In this document: positions 12,966-25,900 of the stretch, piece by piece
How the letters are laid out: the number at the start of each line of letters is the position of its first letter
Numbering within the stretch: position 1 is the stretch's first letter
Source: the human T2T-CHM13v2.0 reference genome, Homo sapiens
Strand: one strand, 5' to 3'
Assembly (NCBI RefSeq): GCF_009914755.1
Contig: NC_060932.1
DNA: 64,000 nucleotides
The notes under the pieces: model-generated
Database searches by the model: none
What the model was told of the DNA's origin: nothing
What the model saw: only the letters and a program-made list of their open reading frames with translations
Program-made: the position numbers and the translations under genes

Positions 12966-13696
12966 TAAGAACATGCCAGTCATTTTAAGGGGAGAAAGTG
13001 CAGTAAAAATGGAGGATCCTGTGGAAAGGGCTATGTCCTACATTCTTTAACATACTCTCAAAAGCAAAAACACACACTGATGTCTACCTCAGTGCTGAAG
13101 GACAAAGACACACAGTGAAATCAAAGCACACCTATCACAAACCACACGTTACTCTCAGAGGCAGGGGCTGCTCCCTACCTCCTATCCCAGGTACTGTGTG
13201 CATGGCATTGAAGAAGAGGGGGTTCAAGTGTCGGGAACATGAAAATAAGAAACCGGAAAATACTGGACAAATTGAAACAAAAAGCGTTTTCATTGACTTT
13301 TTTAATATTGTGGGGGATGCTATATTCCTGAGCAATTTATACTGCATTCATCTAGGATTTTTCAGTTTAGAAACAGCGTCACAAGAGGTGATAAACAGCA
13401 AAGCATAAAACACCATGAGAAGAGCTATAATTCAGCACCTAAGAGGTTGGTGAACCAACAGGAAGATAACTCTCATCCTGGGAAATCTTCTGTTACAGGC
13501 AGTGAGCACAGAGTGGGACGATTAGCAATGGCAATAGCAGCAACAGAGGCCACAGCTGGACTGCAGGTCCTGACAAGGCATAGACCTAGGACAGTGTTGT
13601 CTGGGACACCAAGGCCTGCTCAGGAGGCTGAGTGGCAGCATCGGTCAGCGGGGGGGACAGTGCAGAGGAAGAGAGTGCGGATAAATGAGTATGAGT

Positions 13697-13990
13697 TTAG
13701 CAAACTAATGCAGGCACAGAAAACCAACGACCACATCTTGTCACTAATAACTGGGAGCTAAATGAGGGGGACACATGGACACAGGAAGGGGAAAAACAGA
13801 CACAGGGGCCTACTGGAGATTGGAGGGTGGGAGGAGGGAGAGGTCAGAAAAGAGTAGCTAATGGGAACCAGGCTTAATACCTGGGTGATTAAATAATCTT
13901 TACGACAAACACCCAGGACATGGGTTTACCTATAGAACAAATCTGCGCAGGTACCCCTTAACTTAAGATAAAAGTTAACAAAAACAGAGA
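13697..13990 (+). mobile_element. L1 3' end (L1PA15/16-L1PB-like)
   Basis: agcaaactaatgcagg..gggagctaaatga..ggagggtgggaggagggagagg..ggcttaatacctgggtga..aaagttaa plus A-rich tail. Confidence 0.9.
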
Positions 13991-14161
13991 AAGCTGCTGC
14001 TAGATACCTAGACTGTAAAGGCGGAAATGAAAATTAGGCATGTGTCTGCAGAATGTGCACAACTATTCACCCATGGGGCCGGTGCATGACAGGTCAAGGA
14101 TTCATTTAGCCATGCTGTGTGCATGCGTGTGTGGATGCATGTAACATAGATAAAAGTATTT

Positions 14162-14449
14162 CTTTTTCTTTTCTTTCTTTCATTTTTTTTTTTTTTGAGA
14201 CAGAGTCTCACTCTGTTGCCCAGGCTGCAGGCTGAAGTGCAGTGGTGTGATCTCAGCTCACTGCAACCTCCACCTTCTGTGTTCAAGTGATTCTCCTGCC
14301 TCAGCCCCCTGAGTAGCTGGGACTACAGATGTGCACCACCAAGTTTTGCCATGTTGGCCAGGTTGGTCTTGAACTCCTGACCTCAGGTGATCCTCCCACC
14401 TCGGCCTCCTAAAGTGCGGGATTACAGGTGTAAGCCACCACATCTGGCT
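14162..14449 (-). mobile_element. AluS with internal deletion of the middle A-linker region
   Basis: Antisense dimeric Alu; caccacc joins directly to aagttttgccatgttggcc; TSD ataaaagtatttctt. Confidence 0.95.
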
Positions 14450-15137
14450 GCATAAAAGTATTTCTTAAAGAATCTGGTTCTTTCAAATATACAAGTTCCT
14501 TCAGAGGTCAGGCTCTCAATTTTTTCTTCTGCATATCCTAGCCTTTCTCAGCCCAAAACTGCAGCACCTCACCACCTTCCATTCTGCCTCTACTTCCTCC
14601 ATTTGTCTGTGAGCATCAGACCTCACATTAGTCTTACCCATTGGACACTATGACTGCCTAACTCCCCCAAATGGGAATCCCTCCACTCGTCTTCAGTGCC
14701 ATTCCAACAGCCCACCCTTGACAGCCACCTCCTCTCTCTTCGCAGACTCAGACATCTCACATCCAAGCACTCTGCTCCCTTGCAGCAATCTCCTCCTTTC
14801 TTACTTACACACTCCACATCCCATCAGTGAAATTCCTGCACTCGTTTGAGTCTTCTCTCATCTCTCTGCAAACCTCTCAAGATCTCACTGTCTCCCAGCC
14901 TCAAGTTTCCCCTTATTCCGCTGAGATTCCACTGTCCATCATGAAAGTTTTTCTCTTGCAGAGAACCTCCCTTGCCTCCCCTCTCCGTATTTCTCTGTGG
15001 TAGTAGCCTGGCAAGGCTCTCGCTGCTGAAATGCAATGCTACCTTCTGCAGCCCCGCCCTCGACACCCTATCTTCTTCAGAGACTGCTCCATTTTTGTCC
15101 TCCTTCACATCAAAACTTACTTTAAAAGTTACTTTTA

Positions 15138-15283
15138 GGCCAGTCACTGTGACTCACAACCTGTAATCCCAGCACTTTGGGAGGCTGAGGTGGGAGGCTT
15201 GCTTGAGGCCACAAATTTGAGACCAGCCTGGGCTACAGAGTGACACCGCCTTTCTATATACAAAAATAAAAAATAAAAACAAC
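15138..15283 (+). mobile_element. Alu left monomer (FLAM_C-like)
   Basis: cctgtaatcccagcactttgggaggctgaggtgggagg..gcttgaggcc..gagaccagcctggg, A-rich tail. Confidence 0.9.
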
Positions 15284-16083
15284 TTATTTTTAAGGTCTCT
15301 TTTTCTTATGCCATATTCTCTCCTCAATCCACTCAAAGCTGGCCTCACTTCTCACTGTTCCAGTTCCAAAGAGAATAAATCTGCCAGGGTCTGCAGATAC
15401 CTCCTCTACGTCTTCAAATCAAACAGTCACGTCTGCCTTTACAGCTGACATCAGGGACGCATATTCCACAGGAGTCGCCACTCTGCTTAGCGAGTGTCTT
15501 CCTTTCACTGACTTCCTTTTTATCTTTCTCCGTTGTCTGTCAAAGGTCCTGCCTGATCACGCAATAGTTAAATGCTGTGGCTCTCCCAGGGACCTGTTTG
15601 GGGTCCTTTTCCCCTCTGACACACACATTATCTGCAGTTGATCTATCCAGTTTAATAATTTTAAATGCCACATATTTGTAATGACTCTCCGAAGTCCAGG
15701 TTGACCTCTCCTTATCCTTATCTAATGAGAATCTCAAACTTTGCAGCTCAAAACAAAGTCTTTATTTTCATTCATCCTGAATCCTACACCATTTCATTCT
15801 CCCCCAGATCTGTGTAATGTCACCATTAGGAATTTAATTGCCTAAGCCCAAAATAAGAGTTATCTTTGATTCGTCTTTCCATTTCCTCATATTCAATTAA
15901 TTGATTCTTGTCCATTCCATCTACAAAACATTTCCAGATATGTCTAATTTTTTGACCTCCACACTGCTCCAAATCCTCATAATCTATCTTAAATTAATAT
16001 AGCAGTGTTCGAAATTATCTCTTTTCTTCTTTATGTCTCTCTTGAAAATCTTCTATTCAAGCAAACAGTCAGAATAATTTTCC

Positions 16084-16380
<297 letters not shown>

Positions 16381-16759
16381 CCAAAAATCATTTTTAAATG
16401 GTGTCAAACCTTGTTTAAAATATGCTAAAGGCTTAAAATAAACTCAAAATTCTTGGCCTGGATTAGGAAAACCAGAGCAATAAAAATAAACTTAAAAATA
16501 TGACCTCATCTTAAAACATCCTCCCTTTTCACTCACTGCACTCCCAGACAAGCAAGCTTGTTGCTACAGTGTCTATATAATACGCATGCACATAACACCA
16601 CATGTGTTCACATCAGCTCCTCCCTCAGCCGGAGACACTGGCTTTCCTTGTGTAGATCATTCCTTCCATCACTCGGGTACTTCTGAGAGAGATTCTCAGA
16701 CCATCCAACCTGAAGAAACCATTCAACCATATTTTTACTATTGGTTTATTAGCTTACTG

Positions 16760-16808
16760 CATTACTTTTAACGGCGAAAACCTCAATAAATTTTGCACCA
16801 AGCTAATA
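16760..16808. mobile_element. Half MADE1 relic
   Basis: cattacttttaacggcgaaaacctcaataaattttgcaccaagctaata matches the MADE1 centre and right arm. Confidence 0.75.
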
Positions 16809-17067
16809 CATCATCTCTCCCATCTATTTTAATTTCTGATATAAAAGGAGGTCCTCTCTCAGGTCATAATTGAAAAACTTTTTTCAAATGCGTCTCCTAG
16901 AAACTCCTAACAGCAGTAAACAACTCAAGGAAAACTGTTATAGATTGAAGATCATTTAAACTACTTGGGAAAGAAAGACTCCCATATTTTTTCCTTCCTT
17001 TGCTTTGTTCTTGGGTACTCATTGTCAAGGATGAAATGTTCCATTTAGCTTTTAAGTGAAAGCCTTT

Positions 17068-17215
17068 AGGCATTCATTCAATTATTTTTAAACAAACTTG
17101 ACTCCTTATGTATTATGTACCAAGCACTGTTTATGTCAACAAAACAGACAAGGATCCTGGCGTCAGGGAGCTTCCGCTTTAGTCTGAGAAGCAGATAAGA
17201 AGCAAGCCAAAACAA
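17068..17215 (-). mobile_element. L2 3' end
   Basis: cattcattcaa..tatgtaccaagcactgt..aaacagacaagg..cctg..cagggagctt..tagt. Confidence 0.7.
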
Positions 17216-17899
17216 TGTTGAATTTTTACACTAAAAAAAAAATGCTCTGTCGGACCTCTCATTCTCTAATATACACAACCTTGTGATTGACAAGTTTCCC
17301 ACAGAATATGTTTTATCCAGCTGGGTAAGATAAGAAAATCATTATTGTCAGGATGAAACTAAGAGGATCCACATATTACTGTATTATCACGGTCTGAATC
17401 AGCAGCAAAATGAAATATGCAACTCCCCAAACTATGCCTCTCATCGCCAGTGTACTACATAAGAAAGACAAGAACCCAGTTTATGTTCAATATCTTCTAT
17501 GTCTAGAATGCTGTTTAGATAATGTTTTAACTAGGCAGTATATTACTTTTATGAGGCAACTAAATTCTCACAGCCATTCAATAAGCTACTTTTAGTCTAA
17601 TAATCCACAACTGAATGTGGTCATGGTTTTTTGCAGAAGTTAAAAGGTTTAAACACACCAAGGAATTTTAATTAAAGCATAACAAGGGTCAAGTGCCACC
17701 TACAAGGGCAATAGGACCTGTGTGAGAGGGATGTGGGTGGGTGCATTGGGTTCATCACCTTCATCACTTCACAGGTGCCCATAATTTTGTGCTTCGTAGG
17801 CAGAATTGCATAACATGTTTACATCAACTTTGTAAAACCGATGGTAATACCCAATGTAACAGATGAAGAAAAGAAGAGAGACTGCATGAGTTCCTCAAG

Positions 17900-18734
17900 T
17901 CTATATTGGGTGGCCCCATAATACAACCTGGCTGTTGTCCTTAAAGAAGATGGTGAAGTGGCATCATCTCACACCAAGAAGATTAAGGACACAGACACAC
18001 ACTAGGAGTGAGTTTAGGAGCAGAGGTTTAATCTACAAAAGACGGAGAAAGGAGAGAAGCTCTCTCTCTCTTGTGAGAGATTGGTTGCACCAGGTGTGAT
18101 GTTTACATAGCACGTGGGCAAGGCTGGTCACCCCACCCTAATCTTATTATGCACATGGGGTCTTTGCCTGACTGGCACCATATTGTCTTCCTACTGTACA
18201 CATGGTTTGGCAAAGAGATGGGAAGATGGAGCCACCATTTTGAACATGCCTAGTCCCAGGTAGCCTTTCCTTATTGGCACAACTGCTGGCATTTGCCTGT
18301 ACAAGCTCCCAGCTTGCTTGTCTATGTCTGTAGCTTGATTTTACAAGCTGCTCTTTGTTAGAAAAGAAAATGATTTGGGGGCTACTTTTCATTAAAAGGA
18401 AAACCTTACCTAGGACTCCTGTATCCTCACTATCTGCCTAATTGATTTCTTCTTAACTCCTATATCAATGGCAATATATAGTCAGAGACACTCATGAAGG
18501 CAAAGATTGGAGTGGTGAAGCTGCAAGCCGAGGAATGTCAGAGATTGCCACCAAACCATCAGAAGCCAAGAAGAGGCCAGGAAGGATTAGCCCCTACAGC
18601 CTTCTGAGGGAGGGGGCCTTGCTAACACCTTGATGTTGGACTCAGAGCCCCCGAAGTGTGAGGCAATAGATTCTTGTTGTTTTGGATACCCAAATAGTGG
18701 TACTTTGTTATGGAAGCCCCAGGAAATTAACACA
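17900..18734 (+). mobile_element. MLT1 LTR fragment, interrupted by an LTR9-like element
   Basis: gcaaagattggagtg..ctgcaagccgaggaatg..ccatcagaagc..acaccttgatgttggact..tactttgttatggaagccccaggaaattaacaca. Confidence 0.85.
17954..18467 (-). mobile_element. ERV1 solo LTR, LTR9/LTR9B-like (internally deleted)
   Basis: Reverse complement starts tgatataggagttaagaagaaatc..taggcagatagtgagg; perfect 4-bp TSD atgg; homologous to 36968 and 40781 copies. Confidence 0.85.
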
Positions 18735-18799
18735 CTAGGCTTAGACCAAGAAGTCTTAGACCAAGAAGTCCCCATGGCCCCGGGGATTCGAGGTTAGGC

Positions 18800-19500
18800 A
18801 TTTGGATGGATTCTAAAGATCACATTCATATATTTAAGGATGGATTGGATGTCAGGTATGTGATAAAGACAAAATCAAGGTTTCTGGACTAGGAAACTGG
18901 GAGTAAAGTTGCCATTTACTGATTTGGTGAAGACTTTGAAGGGGCAGATTTAGAGGGAAACCAGGAACCTTATTTTATATGTGTTAACTTTCAGGTGATT
19001 ATTAGACACCCACATAGATATGAATTCAGGGAGAGCTACATGAGTCGAAAGTACAAATGGAATTAGAGACATGCAAATGTGATTGCACAGCAAGTGACAC
19101 TAACTAGAGAAGAGGGAAGCCACAGGAATGCAGCCCCAGGGCATTCCAGCATTAAAAGCTTGGAAGATGAGAAGGCCCCAGCACAGCAGAGGAGGAAGGG
19201 GAAAACAAGGAAGAGAGTCAATAGAGAATGGAGCCCAGAAATCAAGTAACGATGGAGTTTTCAGGAGAAAGTGATCAACGATTTCAAATTATACTAATAA
19301 AACAGCACTCAGAGTCTGAATGTTGATCTTTAGATTTGGAATGTTAGAGGCAGTGGTAACAACAGTAAGTGCCATTTTAGTGGCCTGGAGAGGAGAAGAG
19401 CCTGATTTCAGTGGATGGAGGGGAGACTGGTGAGGTCAATTCCAAAGAAGTGTGAACAACTCCCTAGGAATATTTTCTGCATAGAGTAACAGAAGAATGG
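18800..19500 (-). mobile_element. L2 remnant
   Basis: gatggattggatgt..aaggtttctgg..gttgccatttactga..gaattcagggagag..tagatttgg..gccattttagtgg..agcctgatt. Confidence 0.75.
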
Positions 19501-20699
19501 GAAGTAGCTGTCATACCACATGTCTCAGAAAAATGAACAGTGAAGTCAAAGCATGAGAGTGGAATGCCTGCAGCATAGGAGGACAACACAGGCTTCCGCA
19601 AAGACAAATCAATGGAATTTTTCTCCCTAGGTACAGATTTCAATGGGACATGCACAGTGAGAAATTCTAGTACCAACCATTTTTTCCAAGGTAAAGGTAC
19701 CACTGAATGTGCTATGGGTCTACACACATGGTATATACGCAAAAAATGATAATTTTCATGAGGACGTTTTCTTTACAATACTCTAAATTAGCTAAGTTGT
19801 GTTTTCTTTTCTTCTCCGTTTTCCTTCCTCCCTCCCTCTTTCTTCCTTTGGTCTTTTCTTTCTTCCTTAAATCTTGAGCATATCCATCTACAATTTAGTA
19901 TAGAAGTATGCAAATATAATGCGAATATGAATTACCAACCTTAGTGTATTCTGTTTCAAAGACATTAATGTATTCTAAGTGTCAGGGTTTGTGGAACACA
20001 GAGAATACTGTGCAGAATTATGAGGTCTATAAAATATTTCAACTTGATCTTCTCAGGTAAAGGTGAGAAAACACAAATTGCTGTCATTAATTTGATTGTA
20101 TCTTCTGACATTCTTAATTGCCTTTTGGAAAGTTGAACTAAATATCATTGATGTCATAAAAATTTTTTGTTTATTAAAAATAATTTAAAAATTGGAGTTC
20201 AAAAGTAAACCTCTATTAAAGGAAGACAAATAATGTCATTAGTACTCAATGAGAAAAGAAGCTAAAAAATAATTATAGAAAAGGAGCACAAATTTTCATT
20301 AGTTTGCATTCTGCCTTTGATAGCTGTTCTCCAATGACTGCTTGCAATTCAGTCTCAGATGCATGTCCTATTTTTGCATTCCATCTACCTCCAGTTTCTT
20401 TCTTGTTTACCGACAGAGGCATGAACATATTTTTTCTTTCCAGATAATTGAGGCTTCAGTGATTCTGATAAAGTATGCTGTCTTTATATGCAAAATTTAG
20501 AAATAATTTTAAAAACTTGAACAGAAGGCTAAAAAATAGGGAAAAAAATAGAGGCTAACTTGATGAGAAAGCATGTAATTAAATCTTGTGAAATATAACT
20601 TCTATACAGAAGAATGCAAATAGAGCATAATGAATATTATAAACACTTTTGTTGACAAGAAAATAATGTGAATACCTCACATTTTCTGCTGTATTGTCT

Positions 20700-20859
20700 T
20701 TCCGATCTCATATTTCTTTGCCCCTAAAAGTGACCATAACCCTGAATACTACAAACACTTCCTTGTTATAAAGACACTTTTGCCGCCTACATATTCATCT
20801 CTAAAATACACAGCTTAATTTTGTCTGTTGTAAACCTTCATATAAATGGGTTCATACTG
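20700..20859 (-). mobile_element. Old L1M 3' fragment
   Basis: gtgaccataaccctgaa..ttaattttgtctgttgtaaaccttcatataaatggg..catactg. Confidence 0.5.
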
Positions 20860-21379
20860 ACCTCACACCAGTCAAATCGAGCATCTGAGGAAGAGCACTG
20901 TTGGCGTTCAGCGAGGAGGGAGGCGCCAGGAGAGAGCGCTGAGGCGCCAGGAGAGAGCGCTGAGGCGCCAGGAGAGAGCGCTGAGGCGCCAGGAGAGAGC
21001 GCTGAGCGCCAAGCGCTGAGGCGTGGAGACTCGAGGTGGCGGCCGAGAGTAGGAAGCAAAACAACGGGACGGGACTGACTCGGGGCAACAACGACTACCC
21101 ATTGTGGGGAAAGGTAAGTGAGAAGTCCCATGCAGTCCACGCTCCCACCAGGGACATCTACAAGTTGGCTGCAGGAGTGCCTCTTGGCCCTCACAGTCTA
21201 CGAGCCCAGAGCAGGGAGATGCCAGCCTCGTTCCAGAGGGAACCGTCTCTGTTCCTCTCCACCCCCAGCGCAGTGCCATCTGGCGGTGGGGGCCGCATCA
21301 CTGCATCTGGCCCCGGGGCCCCACAGCCCCTGCCTCTCCACATCCCGGGCCGGACAGCATCCTCCTGAGTCCACTCAAC
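20860..21379 (+). promoter_or_regulatory. CpG-island-like L1M(A) 5'UTR remnant; candidate promoter/first exon
   Basis: About 31 CpG counted by eye in ~500 GC-rich bp within a CpG-poor window; ggggaaaggtaagtgaga..gcagtccac..cccacca..ggccctcac resembles L1M2-type 5' ends; donor AAG|GTAAGT at 21113/21114. Confidence 0.6.
20920..21003 (+). repeat. Perfect 21-bp minisatellite x4 (gaggcgccaggagagagcgct)
   Basis: Four identical units starting at 20920, 20941, 20962 and 20983, then degenerate partial units to ~21024. Confidence 0.97.
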
Positions 21380-22669
21380 CCTGAACCTATGAAACTGCTA
21401 GAAGTAAACAGGGGAAACACGTTAGGACGTTGTTTCTGGACAAATATTTTATGGGTGAGACTTCAAAAACACAGGCAACACAAACAAATAGAAATAGGGA
21501 CTATATTAAGCTAAGTAGCTTCTACACCGCAAAAGAAACAATCAACAGAAGAAAGAGAAAACCTGCAGAATGGGAGAACATATCTGCAAACTGTTCACTG
21601 CCGTGGGGCTAACATCCAGAATATGTAAGGGACCCAACAACTCCACAGCAGAACAGTAATTCTGTTAAAAATGGGCAAATAATTGGTATAAATATCTCTC
21701 AAGAGAAGATATAGAAATGTCCAACAAACATGAAAAAATGCTAAATATCACTAATCAGGTAAATTAAAATTAAAACCACAATGAGATATAATCTCACTCA
21801 GAATGGCTATTATCAAACACACACACACAGACACACACAGAGATAAAGGCTTGTGGAGATGTGGAGAAAAGGGAACTCTTATACAATGTTGGTGGGAATG
21901 TAAATTAGTACAGCCATTGTGAAAACAGTATGGAGGTTGCTCAAAAAACTGAAATTACATCTACCGTGTGATCCAGCAATACCACTGCTGGGTAATTATC
22001 CAAAGAAAGATATATCAGCATATCAAAAATAATATCTTCTTCCCCATGTTTATTACAACAGTATTCACAATAACCAAGATATACAGTCAACCTCAACACC
22101 CACCAATATGTGAATGGAGAAAGAAAATGTAGTATATATTCACAATGGAACACTATTCACCCATAAAACGAAATGAAATTCTGTCATTTATGGCAACAAT
22201 GATAAGCCTGGAGGATGCTGGGTTAAATGGAATGAGCCAGACACAGAAAGATAAATACTACTTTTTCACTCATATGTTGGAGATTTCAAAAAAAAGGTGG
22301 AGCTCATGGATATAGAGAGTAAAATTTTGGTCATTAGAAGCTAGAAGGGGTAGGGTTGAGGGGAGGTTAGAGAGTAGTTTGTTAACGGATACAAAATTAC
22401 AGCTAGACCGAAACAATAAGTGCTAGTGTGCTATAGTCCTGTAGGATAACCATAGTTAAAAGTAACTAATTGTGAGTTTTCAATTAGCTAGAAGAGACGA
22501 TTTTGAGTATTCCCAGTCCAAGGAAACGATAAGTATTTGGTGCGATGTATATACTAATCATCCTGGTTTGATTTTTACACATTGTATGCATTTATGACAA
22601 CCTTACTCTGAATCCCATGCATTATGTGCAATTATTACATCTCAACTAAAAAATAAAAGAAAAAATAAA
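21380..22669 (+). mobile_element. L1MA (MA4-6-like) distal ORF2 and 3'UTR with A-tail
   Basis: cctga..ctatgaaactgctagaag..gaatgggagaacatatctgcaaact..acaaaattacagctaga..ctagaagaga..; ends aaaaaataaaagaaaaaataaa. Confidence 0.92.
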
Positions 22670-24122
22670 GGAGATGCCATAGGTGCAGGGGAAAAATGAA
22701 AAGGAAATATGAAAAAAATCACCACTTTATATCAGTTTATAAAACGATTCAAAGAAGCATTGTCTTTGCAAAATACAGATTTTATATGAAATGATAATAG
22801 AGAAATGAAGACTCAAACAGTACTGAAGTATCACCCCATAATACCTAGGCCTCAAATTATACAAAGGAACATAAATAGTGTGAAACCAGCAGAGTCAGAA
22901 GTGATATTCACACACAGCGGACTCTGCAGAGAAAGAGGCACTTGGGACAGGGATCATCCCAGCTGTGAAAGAACAAATACAAAATTCCCCAGAGAGAGAG
23001 CTGCGATAAAGCGAAAAGTGCAGTGTAGAGCTCTGGAAAGTGATAGATGCATCACCAGATGCTGAGGAATCTAATGGACCATTAAGTCAAAAGAAGAAGA
23101 GAAGAAGCACAGTGATCTTTGAATCTCCTTCTTTGAGGGTATAGTGGAGTATGGGTTATTTTCTTATCAAAATAAATTCCTCAAATTGTGTTTATTACAT
23201 GACAACACTGTACATGTACTAAAATAATATCATGTATACCAACATTACCAGATTAGGCACTCAACCCACCCTTCCCAACTCAGAGGAGAGCAGCACCCAG
23301 AGAAAAAATAGAACATATGTAACGTTACATCTCAGCAGTGCAGAATTCCTTCAGCAATATTTGAAACCGTAAACTGAGGCTTCTGTAAGGTACTTTTCTG
23401 AGTGATTCTTTTGCTAACCGAGCAAGAAAAGCAGTTTTCCCGCATTGAATTAGTTATACCATATTTGTGACAGCTGAAGAAATATATTCAAATAGCCTCT
23501 TTTAAGACTATTATTAGTCCTTTAGTGTAAATAGTTGTTTTGATGGGTTTGATAACTTGAGAGCATTGGAAGTACTATGATGAGTCAAATAAGACACCTG
23601 ATTTAAAGGGACCTTTCCTGGCCGTTTATGACTCCATGAATGTTACCAATATTGCTCAGTGTATTCCGGGAGTCTGTGCCAAGGTTGAAGTAACTGAATA
23701 GCTGCACATACCACTACAGTTGAAAACATGTGTAAAGAGGTTGAGAAATTCAGGATAATGTGAAGTGGACTCTGCTAAGATGTGTCCCAAATGATGGTGT
23801 TGAAAATATACATAGAGGAGAGAAATTTTTAGACAAATATATAAAGTTTGTGAAAATGCAAAGTGTTCAACATTTATGACTTATTAATTGTATTGACTTA
23901 TCGGCACGTATTTGCCAGAAAATATTTGAACTTATCATGCATTACTAAACCAGTGCAGTCAGCCCTGTCTATAAATATTTGTTAGAAAGAAAAGCTAAAT
24001 ATTCCAACTTGTGCTACTGCACACAGGAATTGGATGGCTAGGTAAAAGCCATTTCAGAAAAAGACTATTCAAAGACATAAATATATTTACAGGAAAAATA
24101 TAAAACTACAGAAAAGTACAGC

Positions 24123-24788
24123 TGTTAGAGTAGGCAGACAGCCAGACATAAGCAGGAGATGGGGATCCCTGAGAAAAAGAGGTCTGGAAAATCTCTCACC
24201 CCGGGGACCACCCGAAACCTGCATGCTGGGTATATGCAGAGAGTGGGGGAAATACCTAGGCAGGAAGGAACGCCCCTTAAGATGCCCAGCAATTGCTCAC
24301 TCTGCAGTTAACCTGTTGGAATGCAGCTGGGTGTCAGTTGATAAGGGGAAGAGGGCAAGGAAGAAATTCCTAGGCAGTAACACAGGCACCGTTTGTATAC
24401 AACACTGGGCCTGTGCACGTGCAGCAACTAATAGTAAGGGAGGGTCCCACAAACCTGGGGAGGAAACTCGGTAGGGAGAAGGGGGGTTCTTAAGGCAGGA
24501 GTGGAAACACTAGTCAAAGAAAAAAGGAGGGGACTGAAGGCAGAGGCGAGAACTTCAAGAGACTATTTTTCATCATAAAATCCCAACACAGAACTCAGGC
24601 TGCTGTGGGCTCACTCCCCTCAGCAGCCAGTTCTGCCTCTTCTTTTCAGCATGCACTGTCTCTCTCAGTAAATTCTCTGCTGTCTATTTTCCTTTAATTT
24701 TTTAAAAAATTTTTTTGACAAACCAGTCACTTGGCAGAATTCTTTCTCCAAGAATAAGAACTGATGATTCCTGCGCTTTCCTGTAACA
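24123..24788 (+). mobile_element. ERV1 solo LTR (MER50/MER73/MER87-group-like)
   Basis: Starts tgttagagtaggcagacagccagacat.., ends ..ctgtaaca; TATA-like cataaaa and agtaaa poly(A)-like signal; subfamily uncertain. Confidence 0.75.
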
Positions 24789-24852
24789 TGACAAGGGGAG
24801 AAAAACAGTATGAGCATCTTAAATGGCATTCCAGTTTAGAAATTACACAACT

Positions 24853-25020
24853 GAGCCAAGGGTAGTGGCATCCCAGCTACTCAGGAGGCTGAGGCAGGAG
24901 GATTTCCAGAGGCCAAGGGTTTGAGGCTGTAGTGGGTTATGAGTGCACCACTGCAGTCTAGCTTGGGCAACAGAGCAAGATGCCCTTTCTAAAAACTAAA
25001 TGAATAAATAAACAAGCAAA
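24853..25020 (+). mobile_element. Alu monomer (FAM/FRAM-like)
   Basis: tcccagctactcaggaggctgaggcaggagga..ttgaggctgtagtg..ccactgcagtctagcttgggcaacagagcaaga, A-rich tail. Confidence 0.88.
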
Positions 25021-25519
25021 AGGAAGGGAGGGAGGGAGGGAGGGATCATAGCAAAAAAATGTTAGAAAAAGAAGAAATAGAGTATTTGATATTTATTTTA
25101 GGAATAATTTGGAGTTAATAAATAGATTAATAGAAAACTAAGGAAGAAAAAAACTAAGGATATCATAAACATATAAAAATGTACATAAAGACAAAAAAAT
25201 ATAAATAGTCTTAAATTTGGGGGATATATATTGCTGTGTAAGAAACCATCCCAAATCATTGTGGCTTAAAACAACATGCATTTTATCTGGTCAAAGCTGT
25301 TAAAGGCTTAGCCATGTTTTCAGGGGAAGAAACATGAACTTTAACTACTGGTGAGGGGAGAGATCCTCGTACCAGGAGAATTGCATGGAGATCATATCTG
25401 GAAACCTCCTACTGCCCAAGACAGAACCATAAATCCAAATGAGCAAGCAAAGAAAATAAACCACATAGGATGCAGACAAACAACAGAAACAACAGCAATG
25501 TAGCAAATACATGTAAGTG

Positions 25520-25900
25520 TGTAGCCTGTGTCCAGTGTGTAGCATAATGGGCACAGTAAATACACATGAATTTGTAGCTGAATATGTATCCTGTCTCCAA
25601 TCATGAAGAAACAATTAGAGATTTCGAAAAATCCAGTTGTGACACAGACCAAAAGATGACCTGGTCTTTAAAAAAATAAAAATAAGCCTATGTTGTGAAA
25701 GACAGAAGAGGGAGAAAAGGGATACTGGTTCAGACAGCACTGACGGAAGAGACCTGTCAACCAAATGCTCTGGGGGAGACACTGATAATGAACAGTGATT
25801 CTTATAGTCATTTGGGAAATTTGAATTAGGATTTTATTTTAAATATTAATATTTTATCAATGAATTATTGGCTATGATTACAAAATGTTGACGTATAGGA
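25520..25900 (+). mobile_element. L1ME-like 3'UTR fragment
   Basis: aatcatgaagaaacaattaga..aaatcca..acctggtctttaaaaa..gagacctgtcaaccaaatgc..gggaaatttgaat. Confidence 0.55.

Noticed and set aside
20821-21384. Several overlapping ORFs with heptapeptide repeats (EAPGESA / SALSPGA)
   Set aside because: Explained by high GC and the 21-bp repeat being a multiple of 3; no coding evidence.
25026-25044. (GGGA)n G-quadruplex-like motif, also G-runs near 62769-62787
   Set aside because: Simple repeats adjoining an Alu tail or L2 remnant; common and without supporting context.
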